Origin: Catajapyx aquilonaris
Taxonomy: Eukaryota
Assembly (NCBI GenBank): GCA_000934665.2
Contig: KZ537970.1
Location: 186,001 to 241,611 of the forward strand
Length of the DNA: 55,611 nucleotides
Direction of reading: 5' to 3'
The notes under the pieces were generated by a model. That model had not been told where the DNA came from. It did no database searches and saw only the letters and a program-made list of their open reading frames with translations. A program made the position numbers and the translations under genes. The number at the start of each line of letters is the position of its first letter. Within the stretch, counting starts at the first letter, position 1. Below are positions 42,301 to 53,073 of the stretch, in pieces.

Positions 42301-45300
42301 GAATCCTTACTGAAGTCTGTAGTTATTATGTTGGCAGTTTCTGCTTGAGCATTGGTACACAGTGGGCATGCCTTCCAATTGGCCCTTGTTGCACAGATGA
42401 AGGTATACGACAGTCTGGGGATATTGTCCTTGTTGCTAGCGGTATTGAGGAGAAAGCCAAAGATACAGCCAGCTCTCACTGGCTTATTGCAAAGCAACAT
42501 CCAATGTTGTGGTCCTGTAGTTCTTTAGTTCTATCAGGATGGCCTTCGTTCAAATTAATTTTGCATTCTTGAAATTACAGGAACTTGTCACGGATTGCAA
42601 AGGCCTGCAGCAGACATTAAACTTCCAGCGGTCCTTTATTCCAGCTCTTAGTAAGGGTAATGAGCACCTCTCTACAGGTACAGATAATTTTTCACTTAAT
42701 TTTTCTTGCATACAAATTAATCTTCTATACTGTTCAAGGACATGACCCATCACAGCTGGTATACTCTGGCAAGGATCGTCTGACTGTGTATAGTCTGGCC
42801 ATAGATCGTATATTGGCACCTAATTTGGAGGAAATGGAGCCTATGTCCATGACGTTTAAGTGTGCCATGTGGTCTCCAAAGGATCTGTCAAGAAGTGGGT
42901 GAGTCCTGCTGTGTTTATACAAAGTTCATACACTTTGGAAAAAATTAGTATTGCCTGCTTTCAAGGTTAAATAAGTACCTCAGTTGATCCTACTGGCTTT
43001 GGAAATATCTGTGCTTGACAGCTAGATCCATGTTATACTGTCTTGTTGTTTCCGTTAACCAGGGAACCTTGGAAAGCTATGATAAATATTGATGGTGTTT
43101 TTATTCTCGTAATCAGCAGGTGTAATGTTGATGCTTGCCAAACTGAAACATCTTTTGAAATGTTTGAGGGGAGAAGTTGATGGGACATATCTGTTGCTTT
43201 GTAGGTGCCTAATTGCAACTTTATCACGTGACTGCCAGCTGCACCTATACTCTTGTAACCAGAAGTCATGGATGCAGGCAGCCAACATTTCTGCCCAATG
43301 GTTGACACACTTGCAGAGTTTGTGGTCATTACCTGAATCTTCTAAGTATAGTGAGAAAGTCAGACAGCATGTGGAGAGGACAAATTTATTAGCCAGTAAT
43401 GGTGAGTCATGTTTTTATTGAGTTGGAAAAACGTATTCTAAGAGCGACTTGATGCTGTTTCAGCTATCACATGGAGTCATCTACTAGAAATTCAAAACGA
43501 AAGAATTGCCCTGCTTTTGACAGGGCAGAGGAGTGGTGATGTCGTGATATGGAAAGTAGCTGGGAGTCAGGCCAAATATGCTGCTCATTTCCATGTGTCT
43601 CCTGGCAGAATAAGCAGCCTTTTCTGGTGCCGAGACACGAAACATTCAGGTAGGCTACAAGTGGCCCATGCAGCATTAATTTGTCCCTATTCACTTATGC
43701 CTATGTGTTGTTTTTTGACCTGTATTAGGTGTTCTGGAGTTGCACTGGATTGGTCAGATGGTGCTATGCATTTGACAAGCACAATTGCTGAAAATTGTTT
43801 ACTTCGTATGATTCTGAAATGTTACCTGTCATCAGATTCATCTTACAATCCATAGGACTAGCTTTTCTTCATTTATTTACTGTTAGTGGATGTTATTTCT
43901 TATTGTTGTGCACCAACTTTGTTATTCAGGCCTGGCTGACACTATTTAGACAAGTTGTCAAAGGCTCTGTGGAACCCATCACTCGAAACTGCCATTTTTG
44001 TTTGTCTCTGAACAATCCCTGGTTACTAGTCACATGTCATCAGATCTAATGTTTTTGCATAAACATTCTGAGAATTAATGTATTGACCACTTCCAATTTT
44101 ACCTCGAGAAATTATAAGATTTGCAGATAGTTTCTTGTAACCCCCCAAGAATGTTGATTTACTGTTGTCACCTTATCATAATTGCAAAACTGAAGAAATA
44201 TTATGTCAAAATTATGAATTAAAACATTTGTTGCACTGCTGGAGAAATGACAACTACAATCTCAAATATTTGAGCACAACAAATTGTACTTTTTAGGATA
44301 CTTGCTTGTGGGATTTTCATCTGGTGAAGCCCACTTGTTGCATGTGGACTGCTCCAAGCCAGATGCTGTGGAGATCAAATCAGTCACAGTAGTCTGGAAG
44401 CATCAAGACAGACTTCAAGTGCATGGAATGGATTGCTACATAGAAGATGAAACTCTGGTGTGTGTAGTTGCAAAAGGAAACATTGTTGTGGCATGTGAGG
44501 TACAACTAACATCTGGCTGCACGTCACAAAAAGCTGAAGCCTTTCACCGCTGCCCTGGACTTGCCATCACAGGTGTGTCTCTTTGCACAAGAGTGTTGCC
44601 TTGAATCACTTTGACTGTGCATTTTCAGATATTATGCGGATTGAGCCAGGTGTTTACTACGTGTCACAGTATGATGGACCTGTCAGATCAGTTACTTTGT
44701 CCAGGTCTGATGGAAAATTAGAAATCACATCAGATGTGGTGACCTTTGATACTGAGAGGTCAAAGATGGCTTGCCTGGGGATTGCCTCCTCACGCAATCA
44801 TGCAATTCTGGCACTTGCAGAATGGTACAGTTTAGCAGTAATTATTTTCTCATCTGAATTTGTTTTCCTATTTTATACCATAACTTATCAATCATCCAAC
44901 TATAATTGGAAGTAATGTGTCCAAGTAATCAATGTTTTATTCAACTTATGGATATTTGCTTTTATCTTGCAGCATAGCAACGAATCATGACCACCTCGTG
45001 CTGAGGGAACCTTCCCGAGTCATCTTTTTCACTTCAAAGAATCCTTCAGACCTAATTGAGACTTTACATATTAATGAGAGTCAATCACTGCAGAACTATA
45101 CTGATTGTTTGGAAGTGTTGAGGTTAGCAATTAAGTTTACAATATGCAGTAGTGGTGCTTTTGGTGATATTTAAATTCCTACATATCTAACATATTGCTT
45201 GAGGTATAATTATCCATTTAATATGGGTGACATTGTGGTGGTTAGTGCCACAGCCTTTCACTTCTGGGGACCTGAGTGTGAGCCCCTTATCTCACCAAGC

Positions 45301-46675
45301 ACATTTTCTCATATACATAAATGTTCAGTGGGTTCTCCTTGTTCATATGCTTTTAAAGCGACCAACACTTTTAAAAGTTGGTGACCAGTATGTATGAGAG
45401 CAAAGACAGATAATTGTGCCTATAAATAATTGGAGCTGAAATAGATAATCTACGAGGCTTGCTAAACCCTTCTCAAACACATACGAGTTGTATGTTATGC
45501 AACGTGTATCCATAGAGGTGGACTCCTCTTATTGTGTTTTGTAACTTATGTGACTATTTTCCCCTGAACAGTACCTGCTTACTTATATGCTGCTGTTATA
45601 ATCTTCAGGGTGTTGTCGCTGATGCCAGAATCTCAGCCTTTGACAATAGAATGTGAAGAATTTACCTCACAAAATGCATATCAGTTGAGGTTGACCAGAT
45701 GGTTTGTGGGAGTCAGCTCTGTCTGCACGGAAGAAATTGAACAGCAAGAAATATTGGTAAGTCTGTAGTTCATGTTTTTCTTTTTGTGCATGAAAATATA
45801 CTCTTTCAGGTGGCTAAGGGCAAAGAAGTGGAAGTTTGGTTGTTTCAAAGACATGCCCTAGACATCCTCAAGCTGTACAGCTGCAAAGAGAAGTGGGATG
45901 AGAGAGAAGGAAGGTCCATTGCCTTGATGTGCTTGTGGTTGTCGCAGAATGGCCAAGACTTGGATTTTACAGAGACAAAGTTGTTGCAGCAAATGAGTGA
46001 AAAGGTTGCTGATCTGGCTAAAGAGCCTGCCAAATGCATAATTTGTGGAGATAATATCCTTTTGAAATGCGGTATAGGATAGAAGGCCCCAGTTTGTTGG
46101 TAGTATTGTGATTTTTATTTTTAGTTTTAGTTTCACCTTCCACACTTGGTATATTTTTTTAAACTGGCGTGAAAAGTGGGCAAAAAACATGATTGTGGCA
46201 TTCAGTTGTACTGTAGTCTTTTTTATTGCCATGGCGAAAAAATCTTATTGTAAAAATATGACGTGACTTTATTCAATTTGTAGTAATGTTCAGTATTGAC
46301 CAAAGTACGATGGATTTTCTGGTTTAGATACTTTACCTTGACGCTTGTATACATCTGAAGCAGGACAGCTACAAGAAAGCATCATGTCCAGAAGGCCATA
46401 ATTGGCCTATTTGCACCTTAACTATGGAAGTTTGCACTAATATTTCATATAGAGAGTGCATTGGATGCAAGGCTGTTGCAGCTCAGCAGCCAGGTATGTA
46501 TTCGCTTTTGTGCAGGTGTGCCATTTGGACCCTCTCAAAAAACATTATTCTCATGAAATTTTTTTTGTTGGTGATTTACTAACAATTTTGTCTTTCCGAA
46601 GCCATTCCAGGTATGGAAAGGTGCATCTTTTGTGAAGGAAGACTGATTTCCGTAGTTGGACTTGTACCTGCTTGA
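39331..46675 (+). CDS. GTF3C4: General transcription factor IIIC subunit 4 (TFIIIC90/delta), about 12 exons
   Basis: Exon 1 (39331-39450) MAYRE..QWSEDDRVSLITQKGIYIF splices in phase 0 to 42581 ELVTDC..FQRSFIP. Then FKCAMWSPKDLSRSG|CLIATLS, WD40-like exons, and a C-terminal zinc finger CIIC..CPEGHNWPICTLT..C..C..CIFC. Recalled human GTF3C4 has WSEDHRVSVST..LELICD, FKYTSWSP and CSNGHIWLRC. Confidence 0.88.
40156..41904 (+). CDS. ITFG1: T-cell immunomodulatory protein / LINKIN (FG-GAP repeat type I membrane protein), intronless, nested in GTF3C4 intron 1
   Basis: Signal peptide MSSTKPALTALLVL; FG-GAP-like AFGDFNADKRTD, PGDYDGDGVMD, GDYNLDGYPD; FGLGRTPNFVD; WTQIIPNSQ; TM helix; conserved tail QEAHRFHFDAL. 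Confidence 0.95.
   Translation: MSSTKPALTALLVLSVLLAPCMGSVFTKEVFGNIPRDIYPSAFGDFNADKRTDMFVVSKDESTVEVLLASDAPPLLNRPNISCTMESGRKIHNVVPGDYDGDGVMDVLVVTSLKSSDKLLDVFVLWGNLVSLECVEKSSITLTGEPLIFDYNGDMVGDVFGLNADGKRNFWTFGRDRSAPSATPMDGEPFRVPHSNAAIDIDADFATELVVTNQNAFEVWKRNNGTYVKVETMPYANISSKEERIVGQSIWLDLKLSGKMSHLVPICYKPGCESSALYVYESGKWRQLDVSFTDSSKKIWTFNMDGLDRYSAAITLRAGDYNLDGYPDLLVSLRPQGKSKERPQAFILENVPCVAHTCEYSRTFQVNWHYLQRFTDSPMSTFYDIGDDGLLDIILMQNGEVEAFKNELSIDATFVKVMVLSGVCYLNCKGNVRIPYGTNLVGPYVCYSITTQQGDDQKSCGGQMPQNAHQALQLPYQIFGLGRTPNFVDTLEVGLAADAKHEWTQIIPNSQVIIIPYPIDNPSKWQAKLFLTPSKSVFMTFVALVGTCILVMLIIGVLHWREKVEDKKEKLQEAHRFHFDAL
41989..41994 (+). terminator. Candidate polyadenylation signal for ITFG1 (intronic to GTF3C4)
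   Basis: AATAAA about 85 nt after the ITFG1 stop, followed by T/GT-rich sequence. Confidence 0.55.
45225..45350 (+). mobile_element. Degenerate tRNA-derived SINE head in a GTF3C4 intron
   Basis: A-box-like TGGTGGTTAGTG, then GCCTTTCACTTCTGGGGACCTGAGTGTGAGCCCC (CpG-decayed B-box region). Confidence 0.35.
46054..46352 (+). other. U12-type AT-AC intron in GTF3C4
   Basis: 5' site ATATCCTTTT; branch TTACCTTGAC at 46333-46342; 3' end TAC|. Splicing gives in-frame CIICGD-N-LKQDSYKKASCPEGH. Confidence 0.9.
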
Positions 46676-47088
46676 TATAATGGTTTAGCCAGCATATGTA
46701 AAACAGAACACAGTACTTACTTGTAAATATTTTTGTCACATAAATTACTTTCCAGATTAGGAAAGAATATGTGGAAGTAAAAGTTTCTCATGTTTTAAGG
46801 TGATATTTATTTTACCATCAAATATTTCTCATACTGCATGTCAGCTTGGCATTGACATTGGGCTGGTGCATTTTATGACACTTATGAAGGTAGAGGGATG
46901 TGAAAAATAGTAGCACTGTATAATTGCTTTAAATGAGTTGTACCTAGAGCAGCTCATGAAACGTCATTTAAGCTTCACTTTATATTGTTTTACATAAAAT
47001 GAAGAATATTTGGACTACATTTCTACATGAGTGATGTGCCAATGACTTAGGCAACATCACCAAGAGGCATATCTAGTTAATATGTGCT

Positions 47089-47728
47089 TCACCACAATGA
47101 TTCAGTGAGGAATGTGTATGGTGTGCCTTCAACTTCTGTCATCCCAATCTGAGGCTGCATTGGGAAGTCTGTCCCAGAAACAAATCCTGGGTTATAGTTT
47201 GGCTCAGAATAGACGTCTTCACCATATGTAGTGGGAACTGAGCCTGCTGGGAACTCCATTTCGTCACTGCCTCTGTAGAGTGGAAAATGGATGCCTTGAG
47301 TCAGAAACTCGTCATTTTCACTTGCCACACGGTAATCAGGCAAGATTCCAGCTGGTTCAAACACAGCATACTGCACAGGCTTGGGGTATGCCTGAGGTAA
47401 CAGTGTCCTTGGGTTGAGGTTGAGGAATCCAGCTATCAGGTTGGTTGTCGCTTGGGACAGACCACGGGAAAGAGCCTTTGCAAAAGCAACTGTCTCCATT
47501 GGGCATCCATCCTCCAGTATGCGGGACATAACTCGAATATAATTGTGGGCTAATCGCAGGGTCTCAATCTTGGAGAGCTTCTGCGTGCGAGAATGGACTG
47601 GTACACAGCTTCTGAGTCGGTCCAGGGCTTCATTGAGTCCATGCATCCGGTTTCGTTCACGGGCATTGGCCTTGCAACGACGCACACGGAATTTGTTGGG
47701 GCGAGGTTTAAGTTGACCCCAGTCATCT
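47089..47728 (-). CDS. NeuroD: NeuroD-family bHLH transcription factor, main exon; candidate upstream coding exon 50638-50559
   Basis: b[44 protein letters not shown] plus the NeuroD-specific extension [22 protein letters not shown]. Acceptor ccacag at 47729-30 (phase 2) is compatible with exon 50638-50559 (ATG 50623, MAGGNSS). Confidence 0.9.
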
Positions 47729-50700
47729 CTGTGGAGGTTGAGCATATGTTACAGATTCTTAAATACCATTGATTACAAGATGCACTAACAAAGGGAAAAA
47801 TTAAAGTTGTAATTTTACAATCTGATTTAGATGTATTTAGGATGCAAGTGAATTTGAAACATGTCACGCACTGTCAGTCTCAGTTTTGTATCATTGTGAC
47901 ACTGGAGGAAACCATGGAAAAATACCATATTAATCAATATTGCAGGTGATTGTGCTCCAGTAGAAACTAGATCATCAGTAATTCTGATGATTTATGCAGC
48001 AGATTTCATCACAAATTTTTTATGAAGTATAAATCAGGATTCATGCCATATTTTGCCAGGTTTGAGTTCTGGACTGGCACTAGGACCTGACAAAATGAGA
48101 ATCTTTAACTCTAGACTACACTAACAAGTAAGAGGCGCAGCCTATACAGGAGGTTCAACATGAATGTGGAAATTTTAATTAAGCAGGGTTTTACATTGCC
48201 CTGGAAATTGTTATCACAGCTGATAAGGTCAGGTTGCAGAGGAGTATCTCAATTGGTCGGTGTGTTTTGGGAACTTATGAAATTGATCAAAGTGGTTGCA
48301 AACCACCTTAGATATTTTTTAATTAAATGCTTATCTCAGGTAATGGCTTATCTCTGCAGCACTTGTACCATGTGACTTTATCTGAGCATAGAAGCATTAG
48401 TGTAGGTGAGAAGGGTAGCATGTCAGGATACAAGATTTTTTTTTCTCACACACTCTTTCAGACATCTACAGTATTATGTGCTACAGTATATTGGACAAAT
48501 GACAGAGATTACTGAGCCCAATTCTATAGTCGAAAGTGTAGGACTTTAGGGTTTTAAAATGTCGAACATTGCACTTCACACTGCCACATGGGAATGGCTC
48601 TCTTTTTCTTAGAAAGCTTTTGTCACTAAACTTAATACAATGCAATTTTACAATTACTAGAGAATATTTACACTGCAAAGGACTGTACTCGGTTTTTATG
48701 GGATAATATGATGAAGCTGTTAGATACAAATAGCAGGACGAATAAACGAATCCTGTAAAAATACTAAAATAGGATTTAGTGCTTTTGCTTCTAATGGCTA
48801 TGGGTTTCATGGATCATTCCCAATGTCTTTACCCGGTCTCAAATTCTGGTCCTGAAGGACTAGTCCTATTCAACCTAATATTAGCATTAATAGGCGTCTA
48901 TTGATACCACCTCAGTGCAATTGATCCAAAGGAACTGCTTGTTGATATGAAATATGTTGGTGTCAAAATTTTGATAATACGTAAAAATTGGTAAAAGGGA
49001 TATGTCAATCGGAATGCCCTCATTTCACAATCTTTTTAGCACATTAAAAGAACTCTGCAAAAAATGGAGCACAAGGATGTTATTTACACTGTCTGTGATT
49101 ACCTGACTCTAATATATGCCTATTCGCTATTCCTTCCCAAACATAATTTAAAACATTTGTTGGTTGTTTGCATTCTCTACAGGGTTCGGAAATGTAATCT
49201 ACCATCGCTTTGGGAAATGATAGAGCAGTTCTAGTCGATCACTTTGAGGATATGCAACATGCGTGTCCGCAGTATAGTTATACTGAGATAATGTGCTGTA
49301 AAAACACGAGGTATAAAATTGATCTCCTGGCACATAATTATACGCGTCCCTCCCCGCGACCTTACCTTTTCCATTTATATTTAAGGTGTTACCGTGTAAT
49401 TTAATTTACATTTATGATCCCATTAGGTGTAGGGAATGGCCAAGGCGATAGAAGAAGTGTCGTAAGCTGTATCCGCGACATAGAAGATGCTGTAATACAC
49501 TTTTTATTTTATGCTAGCTTATCTCGGCAACAATATGCTGCCGACACCCATGATGATCTCCTAGAACCTTTCTATCATTATTTTCTCAAAGCTATTTATG
49601 GTACGATTTTACACACCCTATGATTTTGCATTTTGTTCTTAGAGGGCTGATGCATTTTTAGCTCAGATGACCTTACTCACCCTGCACCTATACGACAATT
49701 AGGGAATGTTAGCCAGGCATTAAAATAGTTTATACTTCATGAATTTGAATCGTTGATATAGCATATTCCCATGAGTGCCTTTTCGTGTTTTTTTGGGGTC
49801 ATATACTGAGGTATCTACACGTGTATAACTTGGTAGCTATGCCATTTGTATAGGCTAAGGATAATAATCGAGTCCTTTTCCATAATTATACAACTGAGCA
49901 TGTGATACATTATAACTCACTCTTTTAAAAAATCAATGTAAGTACTGTACGTGGAATAAATAATTTTTGGTGACGAAATAATGGTGCGGAGACACAGAAC
50001 TCTGGCCTCTGCTGTGTATCCTGGAATGTAGGCTACCCTCACCACCAGCCAGTTATGCCTATATGGTGCGCGAGTGCTTAATTAAAAACTTGGTCCTGCC
50101 TTCCTGTACCTCGTTTACCACAAAACGCATTTAGCATGAGATATTTATGAGGATTTTATTCCGGAGATAATATACAGCTATACCGTGTACAAACCACTTA
50201 TTTCTGCAATTAAGAGGTAAATGGGTTTTACGTACATGTACAGTATAGTAAGTTATGTCCGAATTCTCACTGTAACAAGCCTTCGACTCATGTTGTCTCA
50301 TTCAAAATAAATTTCGAATAAATACGACATGTTGCTCAAATAATATTTTACGATCGGGAATTGCTATATAAAGATTTTTGTCTGTACTATAGCAGTGTGG
50401 GCGGCCTATGATCACTCTTGTTATCCTTGTTACAGAGTGTTTGTTAAAGCTGCAAAAATGCCGATCACTCTCTCGCTAACAGGGTAAGCAGAGTTCCGTA
50501 ATTTCTTGACATTGTCTTTCTTACAAAATATAAATGTGATCACCACTATCGTAAATACCTGTTTTGATGCACCTTTGTCACCACTTCTCTGGCACCACCA
50601 GCACTACTATTCCCGCCTGCCATGTCTTTTACGGTTATCTACAAAAAATTAAGACAATGACTCTTATTTGTTAGGCATAACACGAAGAGTCAGTCTCTGA

Positions 50701-51344
50701 GTGTCATCAACTTTGGGATATGCACCTGCTAATATCTTCATCTCACCTGTTGTGACATAAATTGGTCGTCGTCTATTGGACATCCAGATAACAAGAGGCG
50801 TTGAATTCTGATCAAGCTCCACCTCCATGCCGATCTGTGACTTAGACATCGGATGTTACACGCCTGCGTTGACCATACTCTTATCCTATACAGTACGTCC
50901 ATTAGTGTGTCTTGCATATAATGTTACACGCCTGCTTATCGCGTCACACGACACCTCCTCTTCCGCTGGTGGACTGCGTAAAATTGATGATGGTCGATAT
51001 AATGTGGGGGACGAGTCCTCTTCTTGAGGGATCAAAACACGCAAACGTCTGTGGTCCGGATGTCTCGTGCCATGGATCTCTGGGAAACATCAATGAAGCA
51101 CTGGAGAGAGAAATTGTCACACGACCAAACTGATATTTTAATATCATGAATCGCGATTCGAGATTGTTAAGTTAATGAATTACCGTCCGTACAAGTATTT
51201 GGAAAGTATCATGCTAGTTAACTATAGCTATAGGCACATTAGTTTCACTTGTTTATGCTATGGACCACTGTCGATGTCGCAACAATACCGTTGCGTTTAC
51301 AGTATCCGTAACGATCGGGTGTACTGTACAGTACGTGCGGGTGG

Positions 51345-51372
51345 GCTCCTTGGCAACGGAAAGTTTGTTTAT
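51345..51372 (+). promoter_or_regulatory. RFX X-box plus adjacent forkhead (FoxJ1/Fd3F-type) motif upstream of enkurin
   Basis: GCTCCT-T-GGCAAC (fits RYYNYY-N1-3-RRNRAC) at 51345-51357 and TGTTTAT (reverse complement ATAAACA, RYMAAYA) at 51366-51372, about 100 bp before the ATG. Confidence 0.6.
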
Positions 51373-51465
51373 CCTCTTTATGGCGTCAGAGAAAATAGGC
51401 CGTCGGGTTTTGCGGTTCTTGTCTTCGATATAATTAATTCCGTTCTAGGAAGAAATTTTACAAGG

Positions 51466-53073
51466 ATGACATCCATTTATATCACCGATCACACGGAAAA
51501 CGTTTACAACCTCATCAGGGATGAGCCACCGGAACCACCCAAACAGCCTCGGTAAATACCCTTGCCTTTTAAAGGCAACTATAGCTCTGATATTGTTCTG
51601 ATTTGGTTAGATAAGAGGATGGGATTATCTCGCAAAATGCAAATAGGCATACTTTCATGTCCTGAAACATTGAACAAACAACTCTCAAGTGGCTCTGATT
51701 GCGATACCTAATCGATCGGGGTTTAGGGACGACCTTTCAACAAACCACCCTGGTGTAACACTTTTGTCTTCTTTTACAGCCATGTATCTAAATTCAGAAA
51801 GCAAGTACGTAAGGAAATCAAGAAAAAAAGGTCTCCTCACAGCACCATGGGCACTGCCACCGTTCCTCTGTACCCCCCATCGGAGTTTCTCAAGAAGGGT
51901 TGCGGACCCAAGTTCAAAAAACATGGCTGTAAGATTCATTGGTTTAATTTAGTTTTTAAGAGCAATTCATACAGTTGTGATTTAACATTTTTTTGGTTGA
52001 ATTCAGGCCCAAGGCTTGATCACGCTCCACGTCCGCTTGTGCCGGACAGGAAGTCGCAGCTTCCGAAAGTGGTGAAGGAACCCCAGGACTTCATCACCAA
52101 AAACGCCTTGAATGTGATCAGAAAGCCGGCTCGGAGGCCAGTTCCATTTTATGTGGACAATCCTAGAGGTGACAAATTTTTGATGGAGCCTTCAGGAATG
52201 GCTCGGAAGTATGTTTACAAGAAGGTAAGATTTTGTTATATGCGACCACTGATCAGTGGTAAATGGTAAACCAATATTATTGTTTGACTGAGGTTGTTAA
52301 TAATTATTGTTAATATTGTTGTTTGTTGCGAGGATTTCATTTTGTTCGTAATTATTGCTTTGTTAAGCTTTGGGGACTTTTTATTAATAATGTGCTTTGT
52401 GCGGAAGGTGGTACCAGTACATTCAGGATCTGTTTCATGTTGAATGCAGTTTCGGTATATGGTCATGTAAGTTATATTGCAGTGTACAGTGTAGTACATC
52501 TTTTGATATATGGAAATATCCTGAGGCTATATAGCTATTATTGACAACAATCCAATGGTCCAACCCTGCTTTAGTTGCTGAATATTCTTCCCTCGCTTTT
52601 TTTCAGGACTACGGTGGTATACCTACCTACCTTCAAAAGTTTAACAAGGAGAAAGCAATACAGAAGGAAGAAGATAGGAAGGCTCAAAAAGAAGATGAGG
52701 AGCGCATGCAGAGGCGCTTCTACCAGATAACTCCCGATGAACAAGAAGGCGTGATTAAGGTACATCACTCGGCCCACACATTCCCACCATTCACATGAGA
52801 TGACTAATGCCTCAATAACCTTTGACCTAATCGTTGCAGGGTTTGAAGACCAACTGGGCCTCACTATACCGCCAGTTCCTGGGGATGTCCGTCCTGATCG
52901 ACAACCTGCCAAAGAAGATGCACAAGCTGAAGCTGGAAAAGGAGATGCTTCAGCTGGAAAAGGACATCAAGCTTCTAGAGCATCACCAGCCGGTGTACGT
53001 GGTTCATCCGAAAAGAGGAGAAGACTTGGCCCAGCGTGTTTCCAGGGCCATTCCTCCTCCCTCCAAACGGTGA
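51466..53073 (+). CDS. ENKUR: Enkurin (ciliary/flagellar microtubule inner protein)
   Basis: Approximate exons 51466-51551, 51780-51928, 52007-52224, 52607-52759, 52840-53073. Motifs ENVYNLI..PPKQPRHVSKFR, HSTMG, DFITKNA, PSGMARKYVYKKDYGGIPTYL and the enkurin domain GLKTNW..LEKEMLQLEKDIKLLEHH. Confidence 0.92.
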
